The translations under genes and the position numbers were made by a program. Of a stretch of 27,833 nt of DNA, positions 8,807 through 18,189 are shown one piece after another (the first letter of the stretch is position 1; each line of letters starts with the position of its first letter). The DNA is taken from positions 62,001-89,833 of the forward strand of contig JAWLHB010000033.1 in NCBI GenBank assembly GCA_041690595.1. The letters are read 5' to 3'. Source of the DNA: Lentisphaeria bacterium. Its GTDB lineage: Bacteria; Verrucomicrobiota; Lentisphaeria; JABSQK01; JAWLHB01. The notes under the pieces were generated by a model. It had not been told where the DNA came from. It saw only the letters and a list, made by a program, of their open reading frames with translations, and did not search any database.

Positions 8807-9478
8807 ATGTCAAGAATTCCGCTCCTCCTTCTCCGCCTTCCTGCCGCCGCCGTCATGCTCTCGCTCGTCTGGGCCATGGCGGTTGCGCTGCCGCGTCTTT
8901 CCATCGATCCGCGGGGGAACCGCCAGCATTTTGCCCTCGCTCTCGGCTTTGCCATCGGGGTCATTGTTGTAGCTGCCGGCCTCCACAGTCGCCCGCTCTA
9001 CATCTTCGGGCATGAATTGACCCACTGGCTGGTAGCCAAGCTCTTTCGCCGGCGAACCGGCCGTTTCCGCGTTGGTCTCACCCGGGGCAGCGTCCTCGTG
9101 GAGAAACCCAATATCTGGATCGTCCTGGCTCCCTACTTCGTCCCCACCTACGCGCTCGCCTGGATCGCCACCGGCCTGCTTGTGCACCTCTGGTGGACCC
9201 CTCCCTGGTACAGCACCGCCTTCTACGGCGGTCTCGGCCTCATCTTTGCTCACCACCTCGTGCTCACCCTCACCACCATCGCCGATGGGCAGCACGACCT
9301 CCTCTTCCACGGCAGGCTCTTCTCCATCATCCTCATCATCACCGGCAATATCGCTGTCGTCTACCTTGCTCTTGCTGCCCTCTCCGGTGCCCCTGTGCAC
9401 GCGCTGCGCCAACTCGCCGTCGGCTTCCAGCAGCAGCGGGAGTTCCTCCTCTTCCTCTGGCAGAGCGTTTACCCCTGA
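8807..9478 (+). CDS. Integral membrane protein with an HExxH motif (peptidase M50B-like)
   Basis: Several hydrophobic segments. YIFGHELTH motif followed by a basic/Gly segment and IVLAPYF, typical of M50-like membrane metalloproteases. Confidence 0.7.
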   Translation: MSRIPLLLLRLPAAAVMLSLVWAMAVALPRLSIDPRGNRQHFALALGFAIGVIVVAAGLHSRPLYIFGHELTHWLVAKLFRRRTGRFRVGLTRGSVLVEKPNIWIVLAPYFVPTYALAWIATGLLVHLWWTPPWYSTAFYGGLGLIFAHHLVLTLTTIADGQHDLLFHGRLFSIILIITGNIAVVYLALAALSGAPVHALRQLAVGFQQQREFLLFLWQSVYP

Positions 9479-9581
9479 ACCTTGTCGACGCTGCTCCGGA
9501 TCATTCACACTCGCGCTGACCTTCCACCGGGTGTATGTTGAGCAGACCACCCATTTCTCCCTTTCCCAAGGTTCATGCCTG

Positions 9582-10496
9582 ATGATATACGACGATCCTC
9601 GAGAAGCCATACGACAGGTCACCTGGAGCGGTCTCGTCGCCAATATTGTCCTTGCCACCTTCAAGGTCGTGGCCGGCTACATTGGCGGCAGCCAGGCCGT
9701 GGTCGCTGACGGCGTTCACAGCATCTCCGACGTGACCACCGACCTGGCGGTCCTCATCGGCGTGGAGTTTTGGAGCGCCCCGCCCGATGCCGGCCACCCG
9801 CATGGCCACCAACGCATTGAAACCACCATCACCGCCCTTATCGGCATTGTCCTCGCCATCGTCGCCGTCGGCATGGCCACACAGGCCATCGGTTCTCTGC
9901 GCATACGCCAGAGCATGCCGCCCTCCGGCATCGCCCTGACCGCGGCCGTCGCCTCCATTATCGTCAAGGAAGCCATATACAGATGGACGCTGCAGGTGGG
10001 GCGTCGCACCGGCTCCAAAGCCGTCATTGCCAATGCCTGGCATCATCGCAGTGATGCCCTCAGTTCCATACCGGCCGCACTCGCTGTCGGCGGCGCCATC
10101 CTCATGCCTGCCTGGACCATTCTTGACGCGGTCGGGGCAGTCATCGTCTCCATCTTCATCCTGCAGGCGGCATGGAAAATCACCTGGCCCGCACTTATGG
10201 AACTCGCCGACGCCGGCGCTCCACCCGAGGTGCTTCACGACATCCGCGTGCTTGCGCTCCAGACCGATGGTGTCCTCGACGTTCACAAGATCCGCACCCG
10301 GCAAGTCGGCAACGGTCTTCAGGTAGACCTGCATGTCCTTGTCGATGCTTCACTCACTGTGCGTGAAGGACACCAGATCGGCGGGCGTGTCCGCCAGCGA
10401 CTCATCCAGCAGGGGCCGGACATCAATGACGTGATCGTGCACCTCGAACCGTACGATCTGCCGCCGCCTTCTATTCCGCCGGAACTTCGCCGCTGA
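9582..10496 (+). CDS. Cation diffusion facilitator (CDF) family transporter, FieF-like
   Basis: ADGVHSISD (TM2 HxxxD), HPHGH loop, AWHHRSDA (TM5) and a C-terminal ZT-dimer domain (VHKIRTR...VDLHV...H...VHLEP). Start reassigned to ATG 9582 because the longer ORF overlaps the upstream gene. Confidence 0.93.
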   Translation: MIYDDPREAIRQVTWSGLVANIVLATFKVVAGYIGGSQAVVADGVHSISDVTTDLAVLIGVEFWSAPPDAGHPHGHQRIETTITALIGIVLAIVAVGMATQAIGSLRIRQSMPPSGIALTAAVASIIVKEAIYRWTLQVGRRTGSKAVIANAWHHRSDALSSIPAALAVGGAILMPAWTILDAVGAVIVSIFILQAAWKITWPALMELADAGAPPEVLHDIRVLALQTDGVLDVHKIRTRQVGNGLQVDLHVLVDASLTVREGHQIGGRVRQRLIQQGPDINDVIVHLEPYDLPPPSIPPELRR

Positions 10497-11424
10497 GCCG
10501 CTTGCAACCGGCGCGAAAACACTCCAGCATATACTCGTAATGCGCCAGCGGCATGCCGCCAAATATGGTATTCGACGTGCTGAAGATATAGCCACCGCCC
10601 GGTGCTCCCGCCTGCAGGCACTTGTCGACAGCCTCCGCAATCGCCGCCCGCGGTCCATCCTGCAGCAGACTGCATTGTACGTTGCCCATCAACGCCAACC
10701 GCTTACCACAACGCGCCTTCACCGTTGCCAGATCCATGCCCGCCATCGGGTCGATGGACTGATAGCAGTCCGCCCCCAGACCGATCCACTCATCGAGAAC
10801 GCTCATGATGTTGCCATCTGTATGAATGAAGGCAAAGGCGCCGGCAGCGCGAACTCGCGCCACCACCTCACCCAGATAAGGCAGCACCAGCTCTCGCATT
10901 TGCGAGGGCTGCAGGAAGGTGCCGCGATTGTCGGCAATGTCGTTCACCAGAAGGATGAAATCCGCGCCGGCGTCCACCAACTGCTCAGCCAGCGCCCCGG
11001 CATGGTCGCACATCTCGCGCGCCCGCGCGTGCAGGCTCCCTGGCCGCTCGTGCAGATCCACCGAGAACTCCATCCAGTCCGTCACCTGCTCGATTGCCCA
11101 GCAGCAGCCACCGACAATGCTCCCGATGAGGATATCCTGGCCAAACGCCGCGCGGGCCGCCCGTACCCCGTCGGCGTCGCTCCAGGGCCAGTACACTGCC
11201 AGAGCATCCCACTGATACCGCTCAATGATCCGCCCGTAGATCTCCATGCACTCACCGATCATTCGCTCCTTCTCCGCCGCGCCGCAGCTCCCCCAACGCG
11301 TCCGCTCGGGAAAGCGCAGACCGAAGGCTTCCTGTTCCAGCTCGAACATCGTCTCGAAGTGTGGCGGACGATCCGGCTCTTCAAACCGCAAGGTCCTCAG
11401 CATGCGCTCCCGGCCGGTCATCAT
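10471..11424 (-). CDS. Uroporphyrinogen decarboxylase (URO-D/MtaA-CmuA) family protein
   Basis: N-terminal MTGRERM...EPDRPP; ND-IA, FIHTDGN, QSIDPMAGMDL, LMGNV and GGGYIFSTSN motifs. A GGAGG SD precedes ATG 11424. The true substrate is unknown. Confidence 0.85.
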   Translation of the reverse strand: MMTGRERMLRTLRFEEPDRPPHFETMFELEQEAFGLRFPERTRWGSCGAAEKERMIGECMEIYGRIIERYQWDALAVYWPWSDADGVRAARAAFGQDILIGSIVGGCCWAIEQVTDWMEFSVDLHERPGSLHARAREMCDHAGALAEQLVDAGADFILLVNDIADNRGTFLQPSQMRELVLPYLGEVVARVRAAGAFAFIHTDGNIMSVLDEWIGLGADCYQSIDPMAGMDLATVKARCGKRLALMGNVQCSLLQDGPRAAIAEAVDKCLQAGAPGGGYIFSTSNTIFGGMPLAHYEYMLECFRAGCKRLSGEVPAE

Positions 11425-11441
11425 CGCTATCCCCTCCCCGC

Positions 11442-12569
11442 TCAAGGTATCTCGTAGATTGACTGCAGGTGCGTGAATCCCTTCAGCTCAAGCTGTTTCC
11501 GGAATTCTCCCCCCAGCCCCGGTTCCACTTTGCAATGCGTCGATTCGGAGAGCAGAATCTGACCGCTTTCCGCCAGGCTGCACAAGCGCGCCGCCAGGTT
11601 TGTCACGCTGCCGATGGCGGCATAGTCGAGCCGTCCCTCGAAGCCGATAGTCCCCAGTGAAGCGATCCCTGTCGAGATGCCGATACCCAATCCAAGGTTG
11701 AAGCCTTTGGCCACCCATGCGTGCCACAGTTCCCCCACGGCCTCCCGGATCTCGATCGCCATGCGCACTGCCTGCGTCGGATGATCCGGCATTGGCTCCG
11801 GATCCCCCAGAAAAACCATCAAGCCATCTCCCGTGAAGCGTTCCAGCGTCCCGCGATACCGGAAGATGATCGGTCCCACCGTCGCGTGCAACTCACGCAC
11901 CGTGCTCAGAATCTCCTCCGGCTCCGCCCGCTCCGCAAAGGCCGTGAAGTTCCGAAGATCCAGGAAGACTACCGTGATCTCGCTGCGATGTTCCCGCAAC
12001 TTCTGCTCCGCATCATTCACGATGGTGTCCACAATCTGCGGCGAAAAGAAACGGCGCAACCGGTTCACCCGCTCCAGCTCCTGCACCTGCTCCCGAACCT
12101 TCTGCTCCAGATTGCGGTTCAACTCGTCCAGTGCCCCATTGGCTTCCCGCAGCTCCTGTTGCGTATCCTTGATACGCAACATGCTCCGGACGCGCGCCAG
12201 CATCTCCATGTAGTTGAACGGCTTGATCAGGTAGTCGTCCGCCCCGACATTGAAGCCCCGCACGATATCCTCTGGTTCCGAGTTCGCGGTCACCAGGATC
12301 ACCGGCAGATGCTCCGTCTCGGGACGCTGCCGCAGCTGCTGGCAGACATCCAGACCGCTCATCCGCGGCATGTTGATGTCCAGCATCACCAGATCCGGAA
12401 GCTCGCTCACGGCCAGGCGCAGCCCTTCGACGCCGCCGTATGCCCCCAGAGTACGGTAGCCGCGCACCTCGAGATGCGCCGTCAGCATCATCACGTTGTC
12501 CCGGATGTCGTCCACTACCAGAATCAGGTGCCGGCCGTCGTCATTGTCCTGGATCCCCTGCCGCGTCAT
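11442..12569 (-). CDS. Response-regulator receiver fused to a class III adenylate/guanylate cyclase
   Basis: Receiver motifs ILVVDD, LDINMP, VTA, DYLIKP, then a coiled-coil linker. Cyclase motifs VFLDLRNFT, RFTGDG, GISTG, IGSVTNLAARL. Confidence 0.93.
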   Translation of the reverse strand: MTRQGIQDNDDGRHLILVVDDIRDNVMMLTAHLEVRGYRTLGAYGGVEGLRLAVSELPDLVMLDINMPRMSGLDVCQQLRQRPETEHLPVILVTANSEPEDIVRGFNVGADDYLIKPFNYMEMLARVRSMLRIKDTQQELREANGALDELNRNLEQKVREQVQELERVNRLRRFFSPQIVDTIVNDAEQKLREHRSEITVVFLDLRNFTAFAERAEPEEILSTVRELHATVGPIIFRYRGTLERFTGDGLMVFLGDPEPMPDHPTQAVRMAIEIREAVGELWHAWVAKGFNLGLGIGISTGIASLGTIGFEGRLDYAAIGSVTNLAARLCSLAESGQILLSESTHCKVEPGLGGEFRKQLELKGFTHLQSIYEIP

Positions 12570-12880
12570 TCCTTCCCCTCCACGCTCAGCACCTTCTGTA
12601 CCACCAGCGCATCCGCATCACGCAGCAGAATCTCCTTCTCCCGCGACCTCTCACCGGTCACGATGCTCACCCGCGATCTGGACAATCCGCACAGTTTCGC
12701 CAGGAATCGACAGATCTCCTTGTTCGCCTTCCCATCCACCGGCGGACCTGCCACCTTCACCTTCAGCCGGCCATTGTGCTCGCCGGCACATTCGGTCCTG
12801 CCCGCGTTCGGTTGCGCGTGCACGGCAAGCAGAGTACCACCAGAACATCTCCGGATGTACGGCGGCGACACCATGGTCAT
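12566..12880 (-). CDS. yggU: DUF167 / YggU family protein
   Basis: LAVHAQPNA...[17 protein letters not shown]...GERSREK. ATGA overlaps with both neighbours. Confidence 0.92.
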   Translation of the reverse strand: MTMVSPPYIRRCSGGTLLAVHAQPNAGRTECAGEHNGRLKVKVAGPPVDGKANKEICRFLAKLCGLSRSRVSIVTGERSREKEILLRDADALVVQKVLSVEGKE

Positions 12881-14949
12881 CCACCATTGCCCTGATCGTC
12901 CGGTGAGGGAGGCGGCGGTGGCGGCTTCTCGCCAATCGGATCGGGCGGCACTCGGGGCGGTTGACGCGGCACGAAGGCCTGGTCCATAGCCTCGATCTCC
13001 GCTTCCGTCGCCGGCTGTACAAAGGGATCTTCATCCTCCGCTTTTTTCGGCGCTTCAGCGACCACGTCGTCCGGCTCGATCATCCCCAGCAGGAGCTTGA
13101 TCTCCCGAACATCCATCGTCTCCTTCTCCAGCAGTGTCGTCCCCAGAAGCTCCAACTGATCCCTGTGCTCCGTGAGGATTGCCTTCGCCCGGTTGTAAGC
13201 CGTGTCGACGATGCCCTTGATCTCGATGTCCAACTGCGATGCGGTCTGCTCGCTGTAGTCGATGTTGCGGGTGATGTCACGGCCGACATAGATGTGCTCT
13301 TCGCGCTCGCCATAGCGCAACAGCCCCATCTTATCGCTCATTCCCCATTCGCAGACCATCCGGCGCGCGATATTCGTCGCCTGCTTGATATCCATCGATG
13401 CGCCGTTGGTGATCTCGGCAAACATCAGCTCTTCCGCTATGCGTCCGCCCATCGCCACCGCCAGTTCATCATTCAGCTCTGACCGCGAATGCGTGTATTT
13501 GTCCTTGGTCGGCAGATACATCGCCGCGCCCAGGAAAGCCATGCCACGCGGGATAATCGTCACCTTGTGCAGCGGTGTAGCGTTCTCGCAATGCAACCCC
13601 ACCAGCGCATGCCCGGCTTCGTGAAAAGCCGTAATCCGCTTGTCGTGCTCGTCCATCACCCGGCTGCGCCGTTCCTTGCCCCAGCGAACCTTGTCCCGCG
13701 CTTCCTCCATATCGTCCTGCTCCACCGACTGCTTCCCAGTCCGCGCGGCAAGCAGCGCAGCTTCGTTCACCAGATTCGCCAGATCCGCCCCACTGAAGCC
13801 CGGGGTACCGCGCGCCGTGATCTCCAACGTCACCTTGTCGCTCAGCTTCACGCGCTTCGAGTGTACCTTCAGAATCTCCAGACGACCGCCCAGGTCCGGC
13901 AGGTCGATGCTGATCTGACGATCGAAACGTCCCGGACGAAGCAACGCGGGATCCAGCACATCCGGACGATTCGTCGCCGCAATCACGATGACGCCCGAAT
14001 TGCCCTCAAATCCGTCCATCTCCACCAGCAGCGCATTCAGCGTCTGCTCACGCTCGTCATGACCGCCGCCGATGCCGCTGAAGCGAGAACGCCCCACCGC
14101 GTCGATCTCGTCGATAAAAATGATGCACGGCGCGTGCTTCTTGCCCTGCTCGAACATGTCGCGCACCCGGCTCGCGCCCACACCGACAAACATCTCCACA
14201 AAGTCTGAGCCGCTGATATTGAAGAAGGGCACGTCCGCCTCGCCCGCAATCGCCTTCGCCAACAGTGTTTTGCCTGTTCCCGGCGGGCCCACCATCAGGA
14301 CGCCTTTCGGCATTTTGCCGCCGAGGCGGTGAAAGCGGTCCGGATCCTTCAGATACTCGATGATCTCCTCCACTTCCTCCTTCGCCTCGGTCACCCCCGC
14401 CACATCCGAGAAGGTCACCTTGTCCAGGCTTTGCACCAACTTCGCGCGGCTCTTGCCGAACTGCATCGCCCCCTTGCCCGCGTTCCGCATCTGCCGGACA
14501 AAGAGATAGTAGATGATTACCACCAGAAGCACGATCGGCAGCAGCGGCAGCAGCAGATTGCTCCAGATTCCCGATGGTGGATCCGTATCGAAATCGGTGA
14601 TCACATTGTCGCGGATCATCGCCTCCATCTCGTCACTGAAGTAAACCACTGCCGTATAGCCGGTCAACTCCTCTGCTTCTGGGGTCGCTTTCCACTTGCC
14701 CGTGACCGTCGCGATGCCGGATGCCACATGATCGATATTCGCCGTGTGGATCCGCTGTGCACGCAGGGCTTCCTCGAAGGCCTTCTGGCTCAATTCCCCA
14801 GATTTCTCCCGGCCGCTTGCCCACATCACGACCAGCGGCACCGTGATGAAGATCAGCAACCAGATGATGATGCTCTGCACCGGCGGCGGTGACAACTTCG
14901 GTTCGCTCTTGCCACCGCGGGGCTTCGGACTAGGCGTATTCTTCTTCAT
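12877..14949 (-). CDS. ftsH: ATP-dependent zinc metalloprotease FtsH
   Basis: Two TM segments, Walker A GPPGTGKT, Walker [31 protein letters not shown] and HEAGH zinc motif. ATG 14949 has an AAGGGA SD; an alternative start lies at 14973. Confidence 0.97.
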   Translation of the reverse strand: MKKNTPSPKPRGGKSEPKLSPPPVQSIIIWLLIFITVPLVVMWASGREKSGELSQKAFEEALRAQRIHTANIDHVASGIATVTGKWKATPEAEELTGYTAVVYFSDEMEAMIRDNVITDFDTDPPSGIWSNLLLPLLPIVLLVVIIYYLFVRQMRNAGKGAMQFGKSRAKLVQSLDKVTFSDVAGVTEAKEEVEEIIEYLKDPDRFHRLGGKMPKGVLMVGPPGTGKTLLAKAIAGEADVPFFNISGSDFVEMFVGVGASRVRDMFEQGKKHAPCIIFIDEIDAVGRSRFSGIGGGHDEREQTLNALLVEMDGFEGNSGVIVIAATNRPDVLDPALLRPGRFDRQISIDLPDLGGRLEILKVHSKRVKLSDKVTLEITARGTPGFSGADLANLVNEAALLAARTGKQSVEQDDMEEARDKVRWGKERRSRVMDEHDKRITAFHEAGHALVGLHCENATPLHKVTIIPRGMAFLGAAMYLPTKDKYTHSRSELNDELAVAMGGRIAEELMFAEITNGASMDIKQATNIARRMVCEWGMSDKMGLLRYGEREEHIYVGRDITRNIDYSEQTASQLDIEIKGIVDTAYNRAKAILTEHRDQLELLGTTLLEKETMDVREIKLLLGMIEPDDVVAEAPKKAEDEDPFVQPATEAEIEAMDQAFVPRQPPRVPPDPIGEKPPPPPPSPDDQGNGG

Positions 14950-15109
14950 GAATTCCCTTGAGAGTCTGACCAAAACAGCTGAAACAACACTATATCACCA
15001 TACTATAGGCCCCATGAGGCCAACCGCAAAGCTCCTTCACCGCGAAGCTCTCGGAAAGCAAGGAAAAAACATGAATCACCTGGCGGCACGAACGGCCCGC
15101 ATGGCAACT

Positions 15110-15622
15110 TCAGGCACTCACCTGCAGATAGATCAGGTAGGCCGCGATTCCCAGCACCGCCAGAGCCAGCGCCGCGATCACCAGGACGAAGACCATGTTC
15201 ACCTTCGGATTACTGCGCTTCGAACTCGGAAACGGATCCTTGTTGCCAAGGTCAGGGTTCAACGTCATCGTCTCGTTGACGTTGATCTGCGTACGCGTAC
15301 TGATCACCGATGTCGGCGACTTGTCGTCGCAGTCAAACAACAGCTCCACCGCCCCAACTTGCAGAATATCGCTGTTGACCAGCTTCTGCTCCTCGATCCG
15401 CATGCCGTTGATACGAGTTCCATTGGTGCTGCCAGTGTCCCGCGCCGTGTACAACCCGTCCTCGTTCTTCACCAGCTCACAATGCCGGGTGCTGATTGTC
15501 GCATCCACGATGACGATGCTCTGGTCTTCCTGCCGCCCGATGGTGTAGACATCTTCGGTCAGCTCATACGTCTGCCCGCGCAGCTGCTCGGACAACACAA
15601 TAAGTTTAGGTGTTGGCGCCAT
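15110..15622 (-). CDS. FHA-domain protein with a C-terminal membrane anchor
   Basis: FHA motifs TIGR, ISTRH, DTGSTNGT.ING, D.LQVG, then a Thr/Ser-rich linker and a C-terminal hydrophobic helix. Confidence 0.92.
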   Translation of the reverse strand: MAPTPKLIVLSEQLRGQTYELTEDVYTIGRQEDQSIVIVDATISTRHCELVKNEDGLYTARDTGSTNGTRINGMRIEEQKLVNSDILQVGAVELLFDCDDKSPTSVISTRTQINVNETMTLNPDLGNKDPFPSSKRSNPKVNMVFVLVIAALALAVLGIAAYLIYLQVSA

Positions 15623-15880
15623 AGATTCTCTATTGGTTACCTTAGCGTCCTGGGTATGAAAGTCGTTCCCCCGCGATTATACACGCGTCCGAATGCGTAC
15701 TGTAGAGGTTCATCCCGACCCTGTCAACCACCTCCGGAAATCACCGCACCTTCACTTCATACTCAAAAACCAAAATAACTGCGAAAAATGTGGTTGCATA
15801 AGGGCTGATGCACGATCATTGTACTTTAAGTCCAACAGTTCTTCAGAGTCAACCTCAAAGCCGAAACGTGCGACTGCAAC

Positions 15881-16513
15881 ATGACGTCCCATTTCTTCCT
15901 GCGACTCCTCTCCATCGTTTCCGCCGTCACCGCTATCTCCATTATGGCCACCGGGTGCCGATCTCCGAAGATTGACAAGGATGCCAAAGTCCGCGGTGCG
16001 GACCAAGGTAGTTACGTCGGTGAAAGCACCCTCTTCGATCCGGACGCAAGCTCGGGGCGTACCACCTCCCCTTCTACTCCCATTGCCTTCGAAGTGCCTC
16101 CCCCCACCGAATGGAGTGAGCCAGGAGGCGGCATTCCCGTGGATCCGGATGGCTTCGAAAAGGTACCCGGGCAGGTATGGCCCCCCGTCTATTTCGGCTA
16201 CAACCGTTTTTCCATCGGCGAAACCGAACGCCAGAAGATCACCAGACTGGCTGACTTCCTCTCCGAGAATGCGCGCTATCACTGCCTCGTCGAAGGACAC
16301 TGCGACGAACGCGGCAGCGATGAATACAACCGCGCCCTCGGCGAGCGCCGCGCCCTTACCGTCAAAGAATACCTCGTCCAGCTTGGAGTCGATGCCAACC
16401 GCCTCCGCACCCTATCCTACGGGGAGGAACGGCCGGCCGACAGCGGCAGCGGCGAATCCGCGTGGGCCAAGAACCGACGCGCCGAATTCGTCATCCTGTT
16501 ACCCAGGAACTGA
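15881..16513 (+). CDS. pal: Peptidoglycan-associated lipoprotein (Pal/OmpA-like)
   Basis: Lipoprotein signal ending MATG-C. OmpA C-terminal domain VYFGYN...EGHCDERGSDEYNRALGERRA...SYGEERP...NRRAEF. Confidence 0.9.
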   Translation: MTSHFFLRLLSIVSAVTAISIMATGCRSPKIDKDAKVRGADQGSYVGESTLFDPDASSGRTTSPSTPIAFEVPPPTEWSEPGGGIPVDPDGFEKVPGQVWPPVYFGYNRFSIGETERQKITRLADFLSENARYHCLVEGHCDERGSDEYNRALGERRALTVKEYLVQLGVDANRLRTLSYGEERPADSGSGESAWAKNRRAEFVILLPRN

Positions 16514-16533
16514 ACGCCTGCCGTGGCCAGCGT

Positions 16534-17517
16534 ATGATCACTAAATGCCAACACTGCCGGCGACCGGTAGAGGTTGAGCTTTCTCCAATGGGCGGCCTCT
16601 TCAGATGCTCGCTCTGCAAGAAGCTGAATGTCCTTCTCAAGCAGGTCACTGACCACGCGATCCTCTTCAAGGATTACGAGATCATGCAGGAGGTTGGCCA
16701 GGGTGCCAATGCCGTGGTCTGCAAAGCCCGACACCCTTCCGGCTCCATCATCGCCATCAAGCTCTTCCTCTTCGACCGCGAGGTCGACAGCCATGCCACC
16801 CGCGAGTTCTTCCGCGAAAGCAACTTCATGGTCCAGGTCGAGCACAAGAACATCGTCCGTACCTACTCGGGCGGGGAGCACTATGGCATTCCTTATCTCG
16901 AGATGGAGTATGTCGATGGGCTCAACCTCGCCCAGTATCTCGATCGCTATGGCTGCATGGACCAGTATGAAGCCTTCTCCGTCGGATCCTTTGTCGCGCT
17001 CGCCCTCGATTACGTCTGGAGCAATCACCTGATGGTTCACCGTGACATCAAACCCCAGAACATCATGCTCGATACCCAGGGACGCGTGAAGGTCTGCGAT
17101 TTCGGCATGGTCACCGCGCATGAGATGGCGGGCGTCGACCTCGATGCCATCGAGGGAACCCCCTACTATCTCAGCCCCGAATCCATCAGCAATTCCGCCA
17201 GTACCTACCAGGACAATCGCAGCGATATCTATTCCCTCGGGACGACGCTGTATCACCTGATTGCCGGAGAGCCTCCCTTCGACTATGACTCCGTCGTCAA
17301 AGTCATCACTGCTCGCGCTGACGAGGACGCCCCGGACATTCGCGACGTGAAGCCCGAGGTACATGCCGATGTATCCGCCGTGCTGCGAACCATGATGGCC
17401 CGCGCTCCGGAAGACCGCTACGTCACCGCCTATGAATGCCTGCAGGACATGCTGCGCGTCAAGCGCCGCTCCAAACCGTTGCTCGTAGACCGCTCCCGCC
17501 CCAGAATCAATCAATAA
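16534..17517 (+). CDS. Hanks-type Ser/Thr protein kinase with an N-terminal zinc-ribbon-like motif
   Basis: GQGANAVV, AIK, HRDIKPQN, DFG, GTPYYLSPE and SDIYSLG are all intact. N-terminal CQHC...CSLC. No TM segment. Start set to ATG 16534, after the pal stop. Confidence 0.93.
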   Translation: MITKCQHCRRPVEVELSPMGGLFRCSLCKKLNVLLKQVTDHAILFKDYEIMQEVGQGANAVVCKARHPSGSIIAIKLFLFDREVDSHATREFFRESNFMVQVEHKNIVRTYSGGEHYGIPYLEMEYVDGLNLAQYLDRYGCMDQYEAFSVGSFVALALDYVWSNHLMVHRDIKPQNIMLDTQGRVKVCDFGMVTAHEMAGVDLDAIEGTPYYLSPESISNSASTYQDNRSDIYSLGTTLYHLIAGEPPFDYDSVVKVITARADEDAPDIRDVKPEVHADVSAVLRTMMARAPEDRYVTAYECLQDMLRVKRRSKPLLVDRSRPRINQ

Positions 17518-17553
17518 CTCCCACGGGTCGTCCAGGAGAGAGGAGGCCATTTC

Positions 17554-18189
17554 ATGTGCGAACGTCCCGCTCCTGGTGAATGCGACGATTTTCGCGCGCG
17601 CTTCATTCGCGCCTGGACCGACTGCGGCGGCAGAAACGCCGCGGAGAGCTATCGCCGGCTCCTTGAGTGCTATGCGTGCGGCAGAGTCTACCATCGGTTT
17701 GACCATATCGCCGCCATCTTCACGGTCGCCGATGAGATCCTCGGCAGCGATGCCCTTTCCCCCGAGCAGACCATCGCCATCTTCTATCACGACGCCGTCT
17801 GCTCCCCCGGCAATCACGACAATGAAGCGCAAAGCGCGGAGCTTCTGCGCCGCGAACTTGGCGCTGACGCCCCGCCAGAGATCGTCGACCATATTGCCAC
17901 CCTCATTCTCGCCACCGAGCATCATCGCGCTGACGACGCCGACGCGCAGCTCATTATCGACCTGGACCTCAGCTTCCTCGGGCTCGACAAGGAAGCCTTC
18001 CGGATGAACGTCGAAAAGCTTGTCAGCGAGTTCTCCCACCTCAGCCGTCACGACTTTCTCGAAGGACAGAAGCAGTACCTGCAACCCTTCCTCGACCGCC
18101 GACATATCTATTATACCACCGCCTTTCGCACCCGATTCGAAGACCAGGCCCGAGACAACCTCAAGCACTTCATCGAGCAGCAATCATGA
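17554..18189 (+). CDS. HD-superfamily metal-dependent phosphohydrolase (COG4339-like)
   Basis: GGAGG SD. YH..DHI, AIFYHDAV, NEAQSA, LILATEHH and DLDLSFLG motifs. Confidence 0.85.
   Translation: MCERPAPGECDDFRARFIRAWTDCGGRNAAESYRRLLECYACGRVYHRFDHIAAIFTVADEILGSDALSPEQTIAIFYHDAVCSPGNHDNEAQSAELLRRELGADAPPEIVDHIATLILATEHHRADDADAQLIIDLDLSFLGLDKEAFRMNVEKLVSEFSHLSRHDFLEGQKQYLQPFLDRRHIYYTTAFRTRFEDQARDNLKHFIEQQS

Noticed and set aside
6828..8813. 661-aa antisense ORF over the EF-G-like gene
   Set aside because: Shadow ORF expected from GC-rich codon bias; no motifs, and it fully overlaps a clear gene.
9072..9581. Ser/Pro-rich N-terminal extension of the CDF ORF
   Set aside because: It is an alternative frame of the 8807-9478 gene; CDF similarity begins only near ATG 9582.
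10471..11424. Calling the URO-D-family gene hemE and linking it to the HemC fusion
   Set aside because: It lacks the HemE RQAGRY motif and belongs to the broad paralogous URO-D-like family.
11442..12569. Possible Pycsar/CBASS-like defence cyclase
   Set aside because: Receiver-fused architecture in a housekeeping operon with no adjacent cyclic-nucleotide-binding TM/TIR effector.
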